Assembly (NCBI GenBank): GCA_047602405.1
Contig: JASGHJ010000002.1
Coordinates: forward strand, 3,104,001-3,168,000
Source: Anaeromyxobacteraceae bacterium
Lineage (GTDB): Bacteria; Myxococcota; Myxococcia; Myxococcales; Anaeromyxobacteraceae
Length of the DNA stretch: 64,000 nucleotides
Direction of reading: 5' to 3'
In this document: positions 9,740-19,726 of the stretch, one piece after another
How positions within the stretch are numbered: the first letter of the stretch is position 1
Layout of the letters: the number at the start of each line of letters is the position of its first letter
Notes under the pieces: model-generated
Databases searched by the model: none
Seen by the model: the letters and a program-made list of their open reading frames with translations, nothing else
What the model was told of the DNA's origin: nothing
Position numbers and translations under genes: made by a program

Positions 9740-10521
9740 AGGCGATGGCTCAGGAGCTCCTCGGCAGGATCGCGCTCGTGACGGGCGCGAGCGCGGGGTT
9801 CGGCGAGGCGACCGTGAGGCGGCTCGCCGCGATGGGCGCGAAGGTCGTCGCCGCCGCGCGGCGGCGCGACCGGGTGGAGGCGCTCGCCCGCGCGGTCGGG
9901 GACGACGCGGTGCTGCCGCTCGCGCTCGACGTCCGGGACCGGGCCGCGGTGATGGCCCTGCCGGCCTCGCTGCCGGCCCCCTTCGCGGCGGTCGACGTCC
10001 TCGTCAACAACGCCGGCCTCGCCCTCGGCCTCGAGCCCGCCCACCGCGCCTCCCTCGACGAGTGGGAGACCATGATCCAGACCAACTGCCAGGCGCTCGC
10101 GACCGTCACCCGCGCCTTCCTGCCCGGCATGGTCGAGCGCGGCCGCGGCCACGTCGTGAACCTCTCCTCGGTCGCCGGCACCTACCCCTACCCGGGCGGC
10201 AACGTCTACGGCGCGACGAAGGCCTTCGTGCACCAGTTCTCGCTCAACCTCCGCGCCGACCTCCTCGGCACCGGCGTGCGCGTCACCTCCATCGAGCCGG
10301 GCATGGCCGACACCGAGTTCTCGGTGGTCCGCTTCCAGGGCGACCGCGCGAAGGCCGGCAAGGTCTACGAGGGCATGACCCCGCTCTCCGCCGACGACGT
10401 CGCCGACGCGATCGCCTGGGCGGTCACGCGGCCGCAGCACGTGAACGTCAACACGATGGAGCTCATGCCGACGCAGCAGGCCTTCTCCGCCTTCGCGGTG
10501 TCGCGCAAGCCGCAGCCCTGA
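9736..10521 (+). CDS. SDR family oxidoreductase (YdfG-like)
   Basis: TGASAGFG, NNAGLALG, YGATK, IEPG. Confidence 0.9.
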   Translation: MKAMAQELLGRIALVTGASAGFGEATVRRLAAMGAKVVAAARRRDRVEALARAVGDDAVLPLALDVRDRAAVMALPASLPAPFAAVDVLVNNAGLALGLEPAHRASLDEWETMIQTNCQALATVTRAFLPGMVERGRGHVVNLSSVAGTYPYPGGNVYGATKAFVHQFSLNLRADLLGTGVRVTSIEPGMADTEFSVVRFQGDRAKAGKVYEGMTPLSADDVADAIAWAVTRPQHVNVNTMELMPTQQAFSAFAVSRKPQP

Positions 10522-10532
10522 GCCAGCCGGGC

Positions 10533-10651
10533 CCCCGGCACCGTCCGTCCCCCGGCACCGTCCGTCCCCCAGCACCGTCCGTCCCCCAGCACCGTCCGTT
10601 CCCCAGCACCGTCCGTTCCCCAGCACCGTCCGTTCCCCAGCACCGTTCGTC
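10533..10651. repeat. Tandem repeat, 7 x 17 bp (CCCC[A/G]GCACCGT[C/T]CGT[C/T])
   Basis: Read directly; no spacers; the last unit runs into the REP-like copy. Confidence 0.9.
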
Positions 10652-10697
10652 CCGAGCGTAGGGCCCGCGTCAGCGGGCCCGGAGACGAGGGACGCCC
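10643..10697 (+). repeat. REP-like GTAG-hairpin repeat, copy 1
   Basis: CCGTTCGTCCCGAGCGTAG-GGCCCGC..GCGGGCC-CGGAGACGAGGGACGCCC; near-identical to the copies at 47236 and 50269. Confidence 0.85.
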
Positions 10698-10730
10698 GTG
10701 CTGATCCCCTCTCCTGGTGGCGTTTCCGAT

Positions 10731-11340
10731 GGGCCGCCTCGCGGGGTCTCTCCGCTCCTCGGGCGCAAGGCAAAGGCCCGCCGCGTCGGGGAGCCTGGAG
10801 GCGGCGCCGAGGACGGGCAGGCCGCGGCACCACCACGCGCGCCGGGCGAGACGGGGGAACGTTGGGGAACGTGGCAGAAGCGCGTCGATGATGGAGGTGC
10901 GGTGCTGGCCGCCTCGCCCGTCACGCTTGGTGCAGATCGCGGCTCCGATCTCGGGCGGGCCTGCCGGCGCCCTGCGGGGCGGAGAGACCCCGCAGGCGGC
11001 CTACGAAGCGTGGAGATGTGGTGAGGCCGAGACACGAGCGGGGGAGCGACGAAGGTATCGCCGGGCCTCTCCCGCCCCCACGCCACCGCCCCTCGCGGCC
11101 GATCGCTGGGCCTCTCCGCCCGGAGGGCCCTCGGCAGGCCCGCCCAACATCGGAGCCGCGATCTGCGCGGAGCGTGCCAGGCGAATCACGGTGCCCTCAC
11201 CTCCACGGTAAGGTCCCGCTCGCCTGGCACGCGTGGACGCGCCGCGGGTCACCACCAGCTCCGTACCGCCTACCAGGATCCCCACGCGGCGGGCCTTTGC
11301 CCAAGGGCCCGAGGACGGAGAGGCCCAGCGAGGAGGCCGC
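10731..11340. repeat. ~600 bp imperfect nested inverted repeat (foldback element)
   Basis: ~10731-10810 is the imperfect reverse complement of ~11262-11340; ~10914-11000 of ~11096-11184. Confidence 0.75.
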
Positions 11341-11460
11341 CACGGTGACGACGGCAGGACCGCCGGGGAAGGATCGAACGATCCGGCTGGCCGCCACGGT
11401 GACTGCGGCAGGACCGCGGCAGGACCGCCGGGGAAGGATCAGTCGATCCTGCTGGCCGCC
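11335..11460. repeat. Imperfect direct duplication (~55-65 bp) overlapping the sigma-gene 3' end
   Basis: GGCCGCCACGGTGAC...GGCAGGACCGCCGGGGAAGGATC occurs twice. Confidence 0.7.
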
Positions 11461-12339
11461 TCGGCGCCGTCCGGCCAGCCGATCTGCTCGGCGACCGGCT
11501 CGAGCTCGCGGCGGAGCTTCTCGAGCGCCCGGATCTCGAGCTGGCGGGCGCGCTCGCGCGAGAAGCCGAAGTGGTGGCCGAGGTCGCGCAGGGTCTCCTT
11601 GCCGTCGCCCATGATGCGCGCCTGGATGATGTGCCGCTCCCGCGGGTCCAGGCGGGCCATGGCCTCCTGGATGCGCCGGGCCACGAGGGCCTCCTCCTCG
11701 GCGCGCGCGAGCTCCTCGTCCTGGGGCTCGGCCTCGGCGGGGGTGAACTCGAGGTGGGTGCTCGTGCCGTCGGCGACCGGGGCGTCGAGGGAGAGGTCGC
11801 GCCCCTCCATCCGCTGCTGCATCTCGACGACGTCGGACGGGCGCACGCGGAGCTTCTTCGCGACGAGGTTGACGTCGAGCCCCTCCGACTCGAGCCCCTT
11901 GCCGGGCGTCATGCGCTCGATCTCGTGCCGGGTGCGGGCCAGCGAGAAGAAGCTTCCGCTGGGCCTGGGTCGTCCCGATCTTCACGAGCGACCAGGACTT
12001 CAGGATGTGGTTCTGGATGTAGGCGCGGATCCACCAGACCGCGTACGAGATGAGGCGGATCTCCTTGTCGGGATCGAACTTCTGGACCGCCTTCATGAGG
12101 CCGATGTTGCCCTCCTGGATGAGGTCCGCCATGCGCAGGCCGTAGGAGCGGTATTCGAAGGCGACCTTCACCACGAAGCGCAGGTTCGCCTCGACGAGGC
12201 GGTGGGCCGCGCGGCCGTCGCCCTGGTCGCGGAACTGGCGGGCGAGGCTCCGCTCCTCCTCCACGGTGAGGAGCTTCACGCGGTTGATCTCGCGGAGGTA
12301 CTGGTCGAGCGTGCTCGTGCTGGTCGGCGTCCGGTTCAT
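11439..12339 (-). CDS. RpoH/sigma32-family sigma factor (one apparent frameshift near 11950)
   Basis: [48 protein letters not shown](FF) RpoH-box-like, [18 protein letters not shown]; restoring 1 nt joins the two ORFs. Confidence 0.85.
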
Positions 12340-12375
12340 CGAGCCTCCTTGGCCATCCTGGACCGGCCCGACGAG

Positions 12376-12391
12376 AGCAACCCCCGTGCCG
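12376..12391 (-). promoter_or_regulatory. Sigma54 (-24/-12) promoter of the sigma-factor gene
   Basis: Minus strand CGGCACGGGGGTTGCT = GG-N10-GC, ~37 nt upstream of the ATG. Confidence 0.7.
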
Positions 12392-12691
12392 GGCGGCGTT
12401 CGTCCTCCCGACGGCGGTTTCGAGGCCTCCCGCGGACGCGCCGTATGTCACTCCCTGTAACTTCGTCCGCCGCCGCGCCGTAACGCCGACAGGCCCGCCC
12501 GCCGCGGGGGCCGTCGGCCCGGCGCCCGCACGCCCCGTCACTGGGGGTGCGATACCTTCCTACCGATCGCGCCCGGGTAGGGCCCCGGCAGGCGCAGGGT
12601 GCGCGGGGTGGGGAGCGAGAGGCCCCCGCGAGCACGGCGTGCACGCGACGGGACGCCCGCCCGTGTGGTCCGGTGCGCCCCACCCGGCCGG

Positions 12692-14476
12692 TCAGGCGGC
12701 GAGCGGCAGCAGCCCGCGCGCCTGGCGGCGCACCATCGAGGCGTAGAGCCCCCCGCGGGCGACGAGCTCGGCGTGCGTGCCGGCCTCGGCGACCCGCCCG
12801 TCGGCGAGCACCACGATCCGGTCGGCGGTGAGCACCGTCGAGAGCCGGTGCGCCACCACCAGCGTCGTCCGCCCCGCCGCGACGCGGTCGAGGGCCTCCT
12901 GCACGAGCGCCTCCGACTCGGCGTCGAGGGCCGAGGTCGGCTCGTCGAGGATCAGGATTGCCGGGTCCTTGAGGAGGGCCCGCGCGATCGCGATGCGCTG
13001 GCGCTCGCCCACCGAGAGCCGCCCGCCGCGCTCGCCGACCCGGGTGTCGTAGCCCTCCGGGAGGCGCGACACGAAGCCGTGCGCGTGGGCCGCCCGGGCG
13101 GCGGCCTCGACCTCGGCGCGGGTGGCGCCGGGCCGGCCGTAGGCGATGTTCGCGTGGACCGACTCGTCGAAGAGCAGGGGATCCTGCAGCACCGTGCCGA
13201 TCTGGCGGCGGAGCGACAGCTGGCGCATGCGGCGGACGTCGACGCCGTCGATCCGGATGCGCCCCTCGGCGGGGTCGAAGAAGCGCTGCACGAGCTGCAC
13301 GAGCGTGGACTTCCCGGCGCCCGACGGGCCCACGATCGCGACCCGCTCCCCCGCCCGGACCTCGAGGTCCACCCCGCGCAGGATGGGCGGGCGGCCCGGG
13401 TGCCCGAAGTGGACGCCCTCCCAGGCGACGTCGCCGCGCAGGCCGACCACGTCGACCGCGTCCGGCGCGTCCCCGAGCGAGTCCTGCGCGTCGAGGATCC
13501 GGTAGACCTCCTCGGCGGACACCCGCGCGGCGCGCACCGTGCGGTACGCCCCGGCGAGGCCGAGCACCGGGCCGAACAGCCCGCCGACGTAGCCGAGGAA
13601 CGCGACGAGCGTGCCCACCGAGAGCTCGCCCCTCGCCACGAGCACGCCGCCGTAGGCGAGCGCCGCGAGGCGCGCGGCGAGCTGCACCGCGCTCTGCGCC
13701 GCGGAGACGCCGGTGTCGGTGCCCACGCCGCGCACGACCACGCCGTTGGCCTCGCGCACCGCGCCGAGGAAGCGCTGCTTCTCGGCGTCCTCCATGGCGA
13801 AGCTCTTCACGGTGAGGATCCCCGAGAGGACCTCGTTGAACCGCGAGTAGATGCTCACCCACCGCTCGAGGAGGGCGCGCTCGCGGCGCGCCTGGCCGGG
13901 CGCGGCGGCGCGCGCCACCAGCGCGGGGATCGGCGCGAACGCGAGCACGAGCAGCGCGAGGCGCGGCTCGAGGCGGAACATGATCACCGTGGAGAGGACC
14001 AGGTAAAGGAGGGCGGGGGCCGTGGAGAACGCGAGCTCGGCGAGCGCGGCCACCAGCCCCTGGATCGAGCGCTCCAGCCGCGTCATCGTCGCGCCCACGC
14101 CCTCGGCGCGGTGGAACTCGAGCGGGAGGCGGTGGAGCCGCCCCACCGTCGCCTCGGTGAGCCGGTAGTGGACGCCGATGCGCGTCCGCCAGGTCAGCCA
14201 GCCGGAGAGGGCCTGCATGACCTCGCGGGCGAGGCCGACCGCGGCGAGCGCGGCGAGCGCCCCGAGCGCGGGCCCGAGGCCGCCGGCGCCGAGCCGGTCG
14301 AGCACGCCGCGCAGGGCGAGCGGCTCGGCCGCGCCGGCGAGCGCGACGCCGGCGGCGAGCAGGAGGATCGCGACGACCGACCCGCGCGACGGCGCGAGGA
14401 ACTCGGCCGCGCGGCGGAGGCCGGGGCGGGTGTGGGCGGCACGCCCACTTGCACCTTCACGATTGGTGATATCCAC
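12692..14476 (-). CDS. ABC exporter, fused permease/ATPase (MsbA-like)
   Basis: TM domain; GPSGAGKS; LSVGERQR; ILILDEPTSALD; AHRLST. Confidence 0.9.
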   Translation of the reverse strand: MDITNREGASGRAAHTRPGLRRAAEFLAPSRGSVVAILLLAAGVALAGAAEPLALRGVLDRLGAGGLGPALGALAALAAVGLAREVMQALSGWLTWRTRIGVHYRLTEATVGRLHRLPLEFHRAEGVGATMTRLERSIQGLVAALAELAFSTAPALLYLVLSTVIMFRLEPRLALLVLAFAPIPALVARAAAPGQARRERALLERWVSIYSRFNEVLSGILTVKSFAMEDAEKQRFLGAVREANGVVVRGVGTDTGVSAAQSAVQLAARLAALAYGGVLVARGELSVGTLVAFLGYVGGLFGPVLGLAGAYRTVRAARVSAEEVYRILDAQDSLGDAPDAVDVVGLRGDVAWEGVHFGHPGRPPILRGVDLEVRAGERVAIVGPSGAGKSTLVQLVQRFFDPAEGRIRIDGVDVRRMRQLSLRRQIGTVLQDPLLFDESVHANIAYGRPGATRAEVEAAARAAHAHGFVSRLPEGYDTRVGERGGRLSVGERQRIAIARALLKDPAILILDEPTSALDAESEALVQEALDRVAAGRTTLVVAHRLSTVLTADRIVVLADGRVAEAGTHAELVARGGLYASMVRRQARGLLPLAA

Positions 14477-14504
14477 GCAGCCGGAACGCGGCGGGCGCGG
14501 GCGG

Positions 14505-15402
14505 TCATTCCCCCGCGGCGCGGTCCGGCGCGGGCCGGGCGGGCGAGCCCGCGCCCGGGAGCGCCTCGAGCTGCCGGGCGTGCGCGCGGGCTGTGCGCGC
14601 GATGGTGCGGAAGTCCTGGAGCTGGTGCCCGAGCCGGTCGAGGCACTCCCGCGTCTCCTGGATCACCTCGAGCACCTCGCCCCTGTCGGCCTCGAGGCGG
14701 TCCTGCTCGGCGGCCTCGCGCAGCCAGTCGAGGTTGCAGCGCATGGAGGCGAGCGGGTTCGACATGTCGTGCGCGCAGCTCGCCGCCTTCGTGCCCGCGG
14801 CCGCGAGCTGCTCGACCTCGACCTGCCGCTGCTGGCTGGCGGCGAGCGCCTCGAGGGCGCGTGCGCGGTCCGCGGCGAGCCCGATCTCGGCGGCGCGCAC
14901 GCGGCGGGCGGAGACCGCCCCCAGCACCGCGAGCGTGCCGGAGGTGGCCGCCCGGATGAGAATCCATCCCCGCGTCCCAGGCGCCGCCGCCGCCGAGCAG
15001 GCGGGTCGTCACGACCGCGACCCCGGTGACGACGGTGGCGAAGACGAGCGAGCGGGTCGCGTCCGGGACGAGGAGCGCGAAGAAGATGGGGGCGACGAGG
15101 AGGTAGACGCGCGCGGCGGTGCGCGCCCCGCCGGTCACGTCGATGACCGCGAGCGCCGCGATGGTCACGAGGAAGCACGCGTCCACGACCGGCTCGGTCA
15201 GGCGCGAGGGCCGCGCGAGGAGCCTGGCCGAGACGAAGAGCGCGCCCGCCCACGCCAGCCGCGCGACGAGGATGATCCCGGAGTCCGGCGCGCCCCGGAG
15301 CGCCTCGGCGGTCGCGAAGACGAGCAGCACGCAGCCGCCCACGAACGCGATCCGGCTGCGGACCCGCGCGGTCTCCTCGATGGGCAGGCCAGTGTGCGGC
15401 AC
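14505..15402 (-). CDS. Membrane protein with HisKA-like dimerisation domain but no HATPase (frameshift at 14960)
   Basis: Several TM helices then AASCAHDMSNPLA H-box; joined by removing 1 nt at GAATC 14960-14964. Confidence 0.55.
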
Positions 15403-15534
15403 CTTGCAATCATGCTCTGAACCGCGGGCGCCGCCTGTCCCCTGTCCTTGGCTAGTCCGGTCGGGGAGCGTCAGCGGATTGACGGCGAGTAAGATCGCAG
15501 GCGTACCGGGACGTTCACCGCGCCGCGCGATCGC

Positions 15535-16620
15535 TCAGAGGCACCGCAGGATCTCGAACAGCTCGTCGACGCGGTGCGCGCACGTGTGTCGCGCCCGCAC
15601 CGTCTCGAGGCCGGAGGCGGCGAGCGAGCGAGCGAGCGCAGGCTCGTCCAGGACCGCCCGAAGGTGTCGGGTCATCTCCGCCCCGTCCCGGGCGATGAGG
15701 AAATCGACACCGGGCCGGAACGAATCCTCCGCGTCCTGCCAGGGTGCCGAGAGCAGCGGGATGCCGCAGGCGAGCGCCTCGAAGACGCGGATCGTCGGGA
15801 TGCCGGGGAGCGCCTCCGCGTAGGGCCGGCGCGGCACGTGGATCGTGACGCGGTGGCGGGCGAGCACCTCGGGCGCGCGGAAGTTGGGCAGGTAGCCGCC
15901 GTGCGCGAGCCCCGCCGCCGCGACCGCCCGCCGCCCCTCGTCCGGGTAGCGCACGCCGTGGACGGTGCCGGACGCGCGCGCCGCGCGCGCGGGCTCGAGC
16001 AGGAACTCGCGCAGCTCGGCGCTGCGCTCGCCGTCGCCCCAGTTCCCGATGAAGGCGAGGTCGCCGCCCTTCCCGGAGGGCCGCGGCGCGAACCGGCGCA
16101 GGTCCGCCGCCTCGTGCCAGGTGAACGCGTTGCGGATCCAGCCCGCCGCGAGCCACCGGTCGCGCAGCACGCGGCCGAAGGCGAGCACCGCGTCGTAGCC
16201 GGTGAGCTCCAGCCCGGCGAGCTCGGCGGGCGCGGTGATCGCGCGGTGGTGGGTGTCGTGGAAGAGGAGCCGCAGCGAGGGCCGCCGCCGGCGCGCCTCG
16301 CCGAGCCGCGCCACGAGCGCGGGCGGGCTCCACTCGTGGACGAGCGCCACGTCCACCCCGCGGAGCGCGTGCTCGAGGTCGAGCGTGGCCGGGTCCTCGT
16401 GGACGTGGGCGGTGAGCTCCGGGTAGGCGGCGCGCCACGCCTCGAGCGCGCTCGCGCCCTCGTCGCGGGCGAGGTTCACCGCGCTCCAGGCGGCGGCGTG
16501 CTCGTGGGCGACCACCTCGTGGCCGCGCGCGACGAGCTCGGAGGCGACCCCGCGCAGGAAGTGGGCGTTCCCGTGGTTCCAGTCGGAGCGCAGCGAGTGG
16601 ACGAAGAGCGCGAACCTCAA
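15535..16620 (-). CDS. CgeB-family glycosyltransferase
   Basis: HSLRSDWNHGNAHFLRG, FHDTHHR, PTIRVFEALACG; TTG start overlaps the upstream stop. Confidence 0.85.
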   Translation of the reverse strand: MRFALFVHSLRSDWNHGNAHFLRGVASELVARGHEVVAHEHAAAWSAVNLARDEGASALEAWRAAYPELTAHVHEDPATLDLEHALRGVDVALVHEWSPPALVARLGEARRRRPSLRLLFHDTHHRAITAPAELAGLELTGYDAVLAFGRVLRDRWLAAGWIRNAFTWHEAADLRRFAPRPSGKGGDLAFIGNWGDGERSAELREFLLEPARAARASGTVHGVRYPDEGRRAVAAAGLAHGGYLPNFRAPEVLARHRVTIHVPRRPYAEALPGIPTIRVFEALACGIPLLSAPWQDAEDSFRPGVDFLIARDGAEMTRHLRAVLDEPALARSLAASGLETVRARHTCAHRVDELFEILRCL

Positions 16621-17726
16621 GGGCGCGCCTCCTCGCGCACGGCGGGGCGCGAGGTCACGGCGCGCCGGTAGAGCGCGAGGGTCCCCTCGAGCATCCGGCC
16701 AGGGTCGTAGGAGAGCGCGCGCGTGCGGGCGCGGAGCGCGAGCGCGGCACGGCGGCGCGGCTCCGTGATGAGCGCGCCGAGCGCGGACGCCAGCCCGGCC
16801 TCGTCGTCCGGCGTCACGTAGACCGCGGCGTCGCCCCAGACCTCCCTGAGGCTCGGGATGTCGCCGAGCACGAGCGCGTTGCCCGCGAGCGCCGCCTCGA
16901 GCACCGCGAGGCCGAACGGCTCGTAGCGCGCGGGGTGCACGAAGATCGAGGAGCGCCCGAGCCAGGCCGCGAGCTCCGGCTCGCGCAGCCGGCCCAGCAG
17001 GCGCGCGCCGGGGCCGTTGGGGCGGAGCGGCGGCGGGGGCGCCCCGGGCGCGACCTGCTCGCCCGCGACCGCGACGGGCCAGGCGAGGCGCGGGGCGAGC
17101 CGCACGAGGAGCGCCACGTTCTTCGCCTCGTCCCAGACGCGCCCCGCCGCGGCGATGAGCGGCTGCTTCGTGCCGGGCAGGAACCGGCGGGCGGTCCGGC
17201 CGTTCGGCACGATCACCGGCTCGGGGATGGGCCCGTGGTGGCGCTGCAGCGCCTGCGCCATCGCGCGGGTCGGCGCCGCGATCGCGTGGACCGAGAGCAG
17301 GCCCGCCCGGGCCTCGCGCCGGTAGCGGTCCCACTCCGGCCCGGGCGCCTCCCCGCGGACCGCCTCGAGCCACGAGGGCACGCAGGAGTGCGCGGTCAGC
17401 ACCTTGCGCGCGCGGAACGGGAGCGCGCCGTGCGCGTAGGACGAGAGGTGCACGACGTCGGGCCGGTGGCGGCGCTCGAGGTCGAGGAGCCAGCGGCCGG
17501 CGGCCGCCACGTGCGCCCACGGGTCGGGCATCCACTCCAGCCGGAAGTAGCCCTCCTCGTGGGCGAGCCCCTCCACCGCGAGCACCTGCAGCCGCTGATC
17601 GGGCGCGAGCCGCGCCCCCTCGGTCGCGAGCACCACCTCGACGCCGCGCGCGCGCAGCGCGCGGGCGAGCTCCATCGCCCACGTGAACACGCCGCCCACG
17701 GCGTCCGCCACCACGAGCACCTTCAT
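16617..17726 (-). CDS. GT4 family glycosyltransferase
   Basis: DAVGGV, GRVWDEAKN, YEPFGLAVLEA. Confidence 0.85.
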   Translation of the reverse strand: MKVLVVADAVGGVFTWAMELARALRARGVEVVLATEGARLAPDQRLQVLAVEGLAHEEGYFRLEWMPDPWAHVAAAGRWLLDLERRHRPDVVHLSSYAHGALPFRARKVLTAHSCVPSWLEAVRGEAPGPEWDRYRREARAGLLSVHAIAAPTRAMAQALQRHHGPIPEPVIVPNGRTARRFLPGTKQPLIAAAGRVWDEAKNVALLVRLAPRLAWPVAVAGEQVAPGAPPPPLRPNGPGARLLGRLREPELAAWLGRSSIFVHPARYEPFGLAVLEAALAGNALVLGDIPSLREVWGDAAVYVTPDDEAGLASALGALITEPRRRAALALRARTRALSYDPGRMLEGTLALYRRAVTSRPAVREEARP

Positions 17727-17757
17727 CGCCGACTCCTCTCCGGATGCGCCCGCTGCG

Positions 17758-18777
17758 TCACCGCCCGTAGAGGCGGTCGAGCGTGGCCTGCACCTTCACC
17801 ACCGACGCGACCTCGGGATCGAACCGTCCGCCCGCCGCGAGCGCCCGCGCCCAGGCGACCGCGGCCCGCCCGCCCCACGCGTCGGGGGGCGAGGCGACCC
17901 GCTCGCGCGCGGTCCCCCGCGTGCGGTCGAGCGCGAAGTCGAGGAACGAGCCCTCCACGTTGCGGAGCACCGCCCCGCCCCGCGTGCCGTAGAACGCGAC
18001 CTCGAGCTCGCAGTCCCGCCCGGCGGGGAGCCACCAGGAGCAGGCGAGCTCGACCGTGGCGCCGTTCCCGAGCTCGAGCAGCGCCACGGCGTGATCCTCC
18101 ACGACGCCTGGCGCCCCCGCCTTCACCGGCCGCCCGCCCGCGTGCAGGGACGCCGTCGCGGTGCGGACCTCCGGATCGCCGAGCACCCAGAGCGCGAGGT
18201 CGACGAGGTGGATGCCGAGGTCGACGAGGCAGCCGCCACCGGAGAGGGCCGGGTCGCGGAACCACGCCTTGTCCGGGCCGTAGGCGTTGTGGAACGCGAG
18301 CCGCGCCGCGTAGACCTCGCCGAGCGCCCCGGCCCGCACGTCGTCCCGGAGGCGGGCGAGCCCGGCGACGTGCCGGTAGGAGAGGTCGACGCCGAGGAGC
18401 CGGTCGGCCGCGCGCGCCGCGTCCACCACCCGCCGCGCCTCCGCCGCGCTCCGCCCGAGCGGCTTCTGGCAGAAGACGGGGACGCCCGCCTCGAGCGCGC
18501 GCACCGCCTGGTCCGCGTGCAGGGCCGAGGGCGTCGCGACGACGACCCCGTCGACGCCCCGGGCGAGGAGGTCGTCGAGCGAGCCCGCGCGCTCGCAGCC
18601 CGGCGCCTCGGCGAGCGCGGCCCGCGCGGCGTCCTCGGAGGTGTCGACGAGGGCCACGGCGCGCGCCACGCCCGCCTCGAGGAGCGCGCGCATCCGGTGG
18701 CGGCCGATCCACCCCACCCCGAGGAAGCCGAGGCGCGGGGCGGCGGCGACGGCCGCGGCGGGGGCGGCGGGCGTCAC
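17758..18777 (-). CDS. Gfo/Idh/MocA family oxidoreductase
   Basis: GVGWIG, ATPSALH, CQKP, GGGCLVDLGIH. Confidence 0.85.
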   Translation of the reverse strand: MTPAAPAAAVAAAPRLGFLGVGWIGRHRMRALLEAGVARAVALVDTSEDAARAALAEAPGCERAGSLDDLLARGVDGVVVATPSALHADQAVRALEAGVPVFCQKPLGRSAAEARRVVDAARAADRLLGVDLSYRHVAGLARLRDDVRAGALGEVYAARLAFHNAYGPDKAWFRDPALSGGGCLVDLGIHLVDLALWVLGDPEVRTATASLHAGGRPVKAGAPGVVEDHAVALLELGNGATVELACSWWLPAGRDCELEVAFYGTRGGAVLRNVEGSFLDFALDRTRGTARERVASPPDAWGGRAAVAWARALAAGGRFDPEVASVVKVQATLDRLYGR

Positions 18778-19721
18778 GGCGTCACCACCGCCTTCACGAA
18801 CGTGCCCGGCCGCTCCTCCATCGCGAGGAACGCCTCGTCGAGCCGGTCGAGCGTGAACGCGGTGTAGAGGCGGGACGGATCGAGCCGGCCCGCGGCCACC
18901 GCCTCGACGGCCGCCGCGAGCCCGGCCCGCTGCACGGCCGGGTCGCGCTCGTGCGCATTCACGATCTCGAGGCCCCGCCAGTTCCAGGCGCCGAGGTCCA
19001 CCGTCCGCGTGCCGTCCTGGTGGAAGCCCGCGATGACCAGCCGGCCGCCCTCCCGCACGAGCGCGGTCGCGAGGTCGAGCGAGCGCTGGTCCCCGACGGC
19101 TTCGACCACGACGTCGCACCCGCGCGGCCCTGCGATGGCCTCCACCGACGCGATCGCCTCGGCGGGATCGACGCTCGGCACCGCGGCGGACGCGCCCTGC
19201 CCGCGCGCGTGGGCGAGCGCCGCGCCCCGCCGCGAGACCGCGATCACGATCGCCCCGGCCGCCGCGGCGAGGCGGCAGACCGTGAGCCCGATGAACCCCG
19301 CCCCGACGACCGCCACGACCTCGCCCGGCCGCACCCGGCAGCGCTGGAAGACGTTCACGCCGCAGCCGAGCGCCTCGCCCGGGAACGGCCCGCGCACGGC
19401 CTCGGGCAGCGGGATGAGCCGATCGGCCGGCGCGACGTCCGCCTCGGCGAACGCGTGGCCGGAGAGGAGCGCGACGCGGTCGCCCTCCCGCAGGCCCGCG
19501 ACGCCGGCCCCGAGCGCCTCGACGCGGCCCCAGCCCTCGTGGCCCGGCGCCCCGGCGCGGAACGGGTACCGGAACCACGGCCGGCCCTGCCAGGGCACGA
19601 GGTTCGAGCCGCAGACGCCGGAGCCCTCGAGGCGCACGCGGACCTCGCCCGGCCCCGGCTCCGGGAGCGGCACCTCGTGGAGCTCGAACCGACGGGGGCC
19701 GGCGAGCACGGCGGCGCGCAT
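18774..19721 (-). CDS. Zinc-binding (MDR) dehydrogenase
   Basis: GVCGS, GHEGWG, GAGFIG. Confidence 0.85.
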   Translation of the reverse strand: MRAAVLAGPRRFELHEVPLPEPGPGEVRVRLEGSGVCGSNLVPWQGRPWFRYPFRAGAPGHEGWGRVEALGAGVAGLREGDRVALLSGHAFAEADVAPADRLIPLPEAVRGPFPGEALGCGVNVFQRCRVRPGEVVAVVGAGFIGLTVCRLAAAAGAIVIAVSRRGAALAHARGQGASAAVPSVDPAEAIASVEAIAGPRGCDVVVEAVGDQRSLDLATALVREGGRLVIAGFHQDGTRTVDLGAWNWRGLEIVNAHERDPAVQRAGLAAAVEAVAAGRLDPSRLYTAFTLDRLDEAFLAMEERPGTFVKAVVTP

Positions 19722-19726
19722 GGAAG

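Noticed and set aside
10533..10651. CRISPR array
   Set aside because: Units are contiguous 17-mers with no spacers, and no cas genes are in the window.
10670..11614. Short ORFs in the SDR-sigma intergenic region
   Set aside because: No host codon bias or motifs; the region is explained by repeats.
14438..14454. Sigma54 promoter CGGCACGCCCACTTGCA
   Set aside because: GG-GC spacing is 11 rather than 10, and it points away from the local minus-strand genes.
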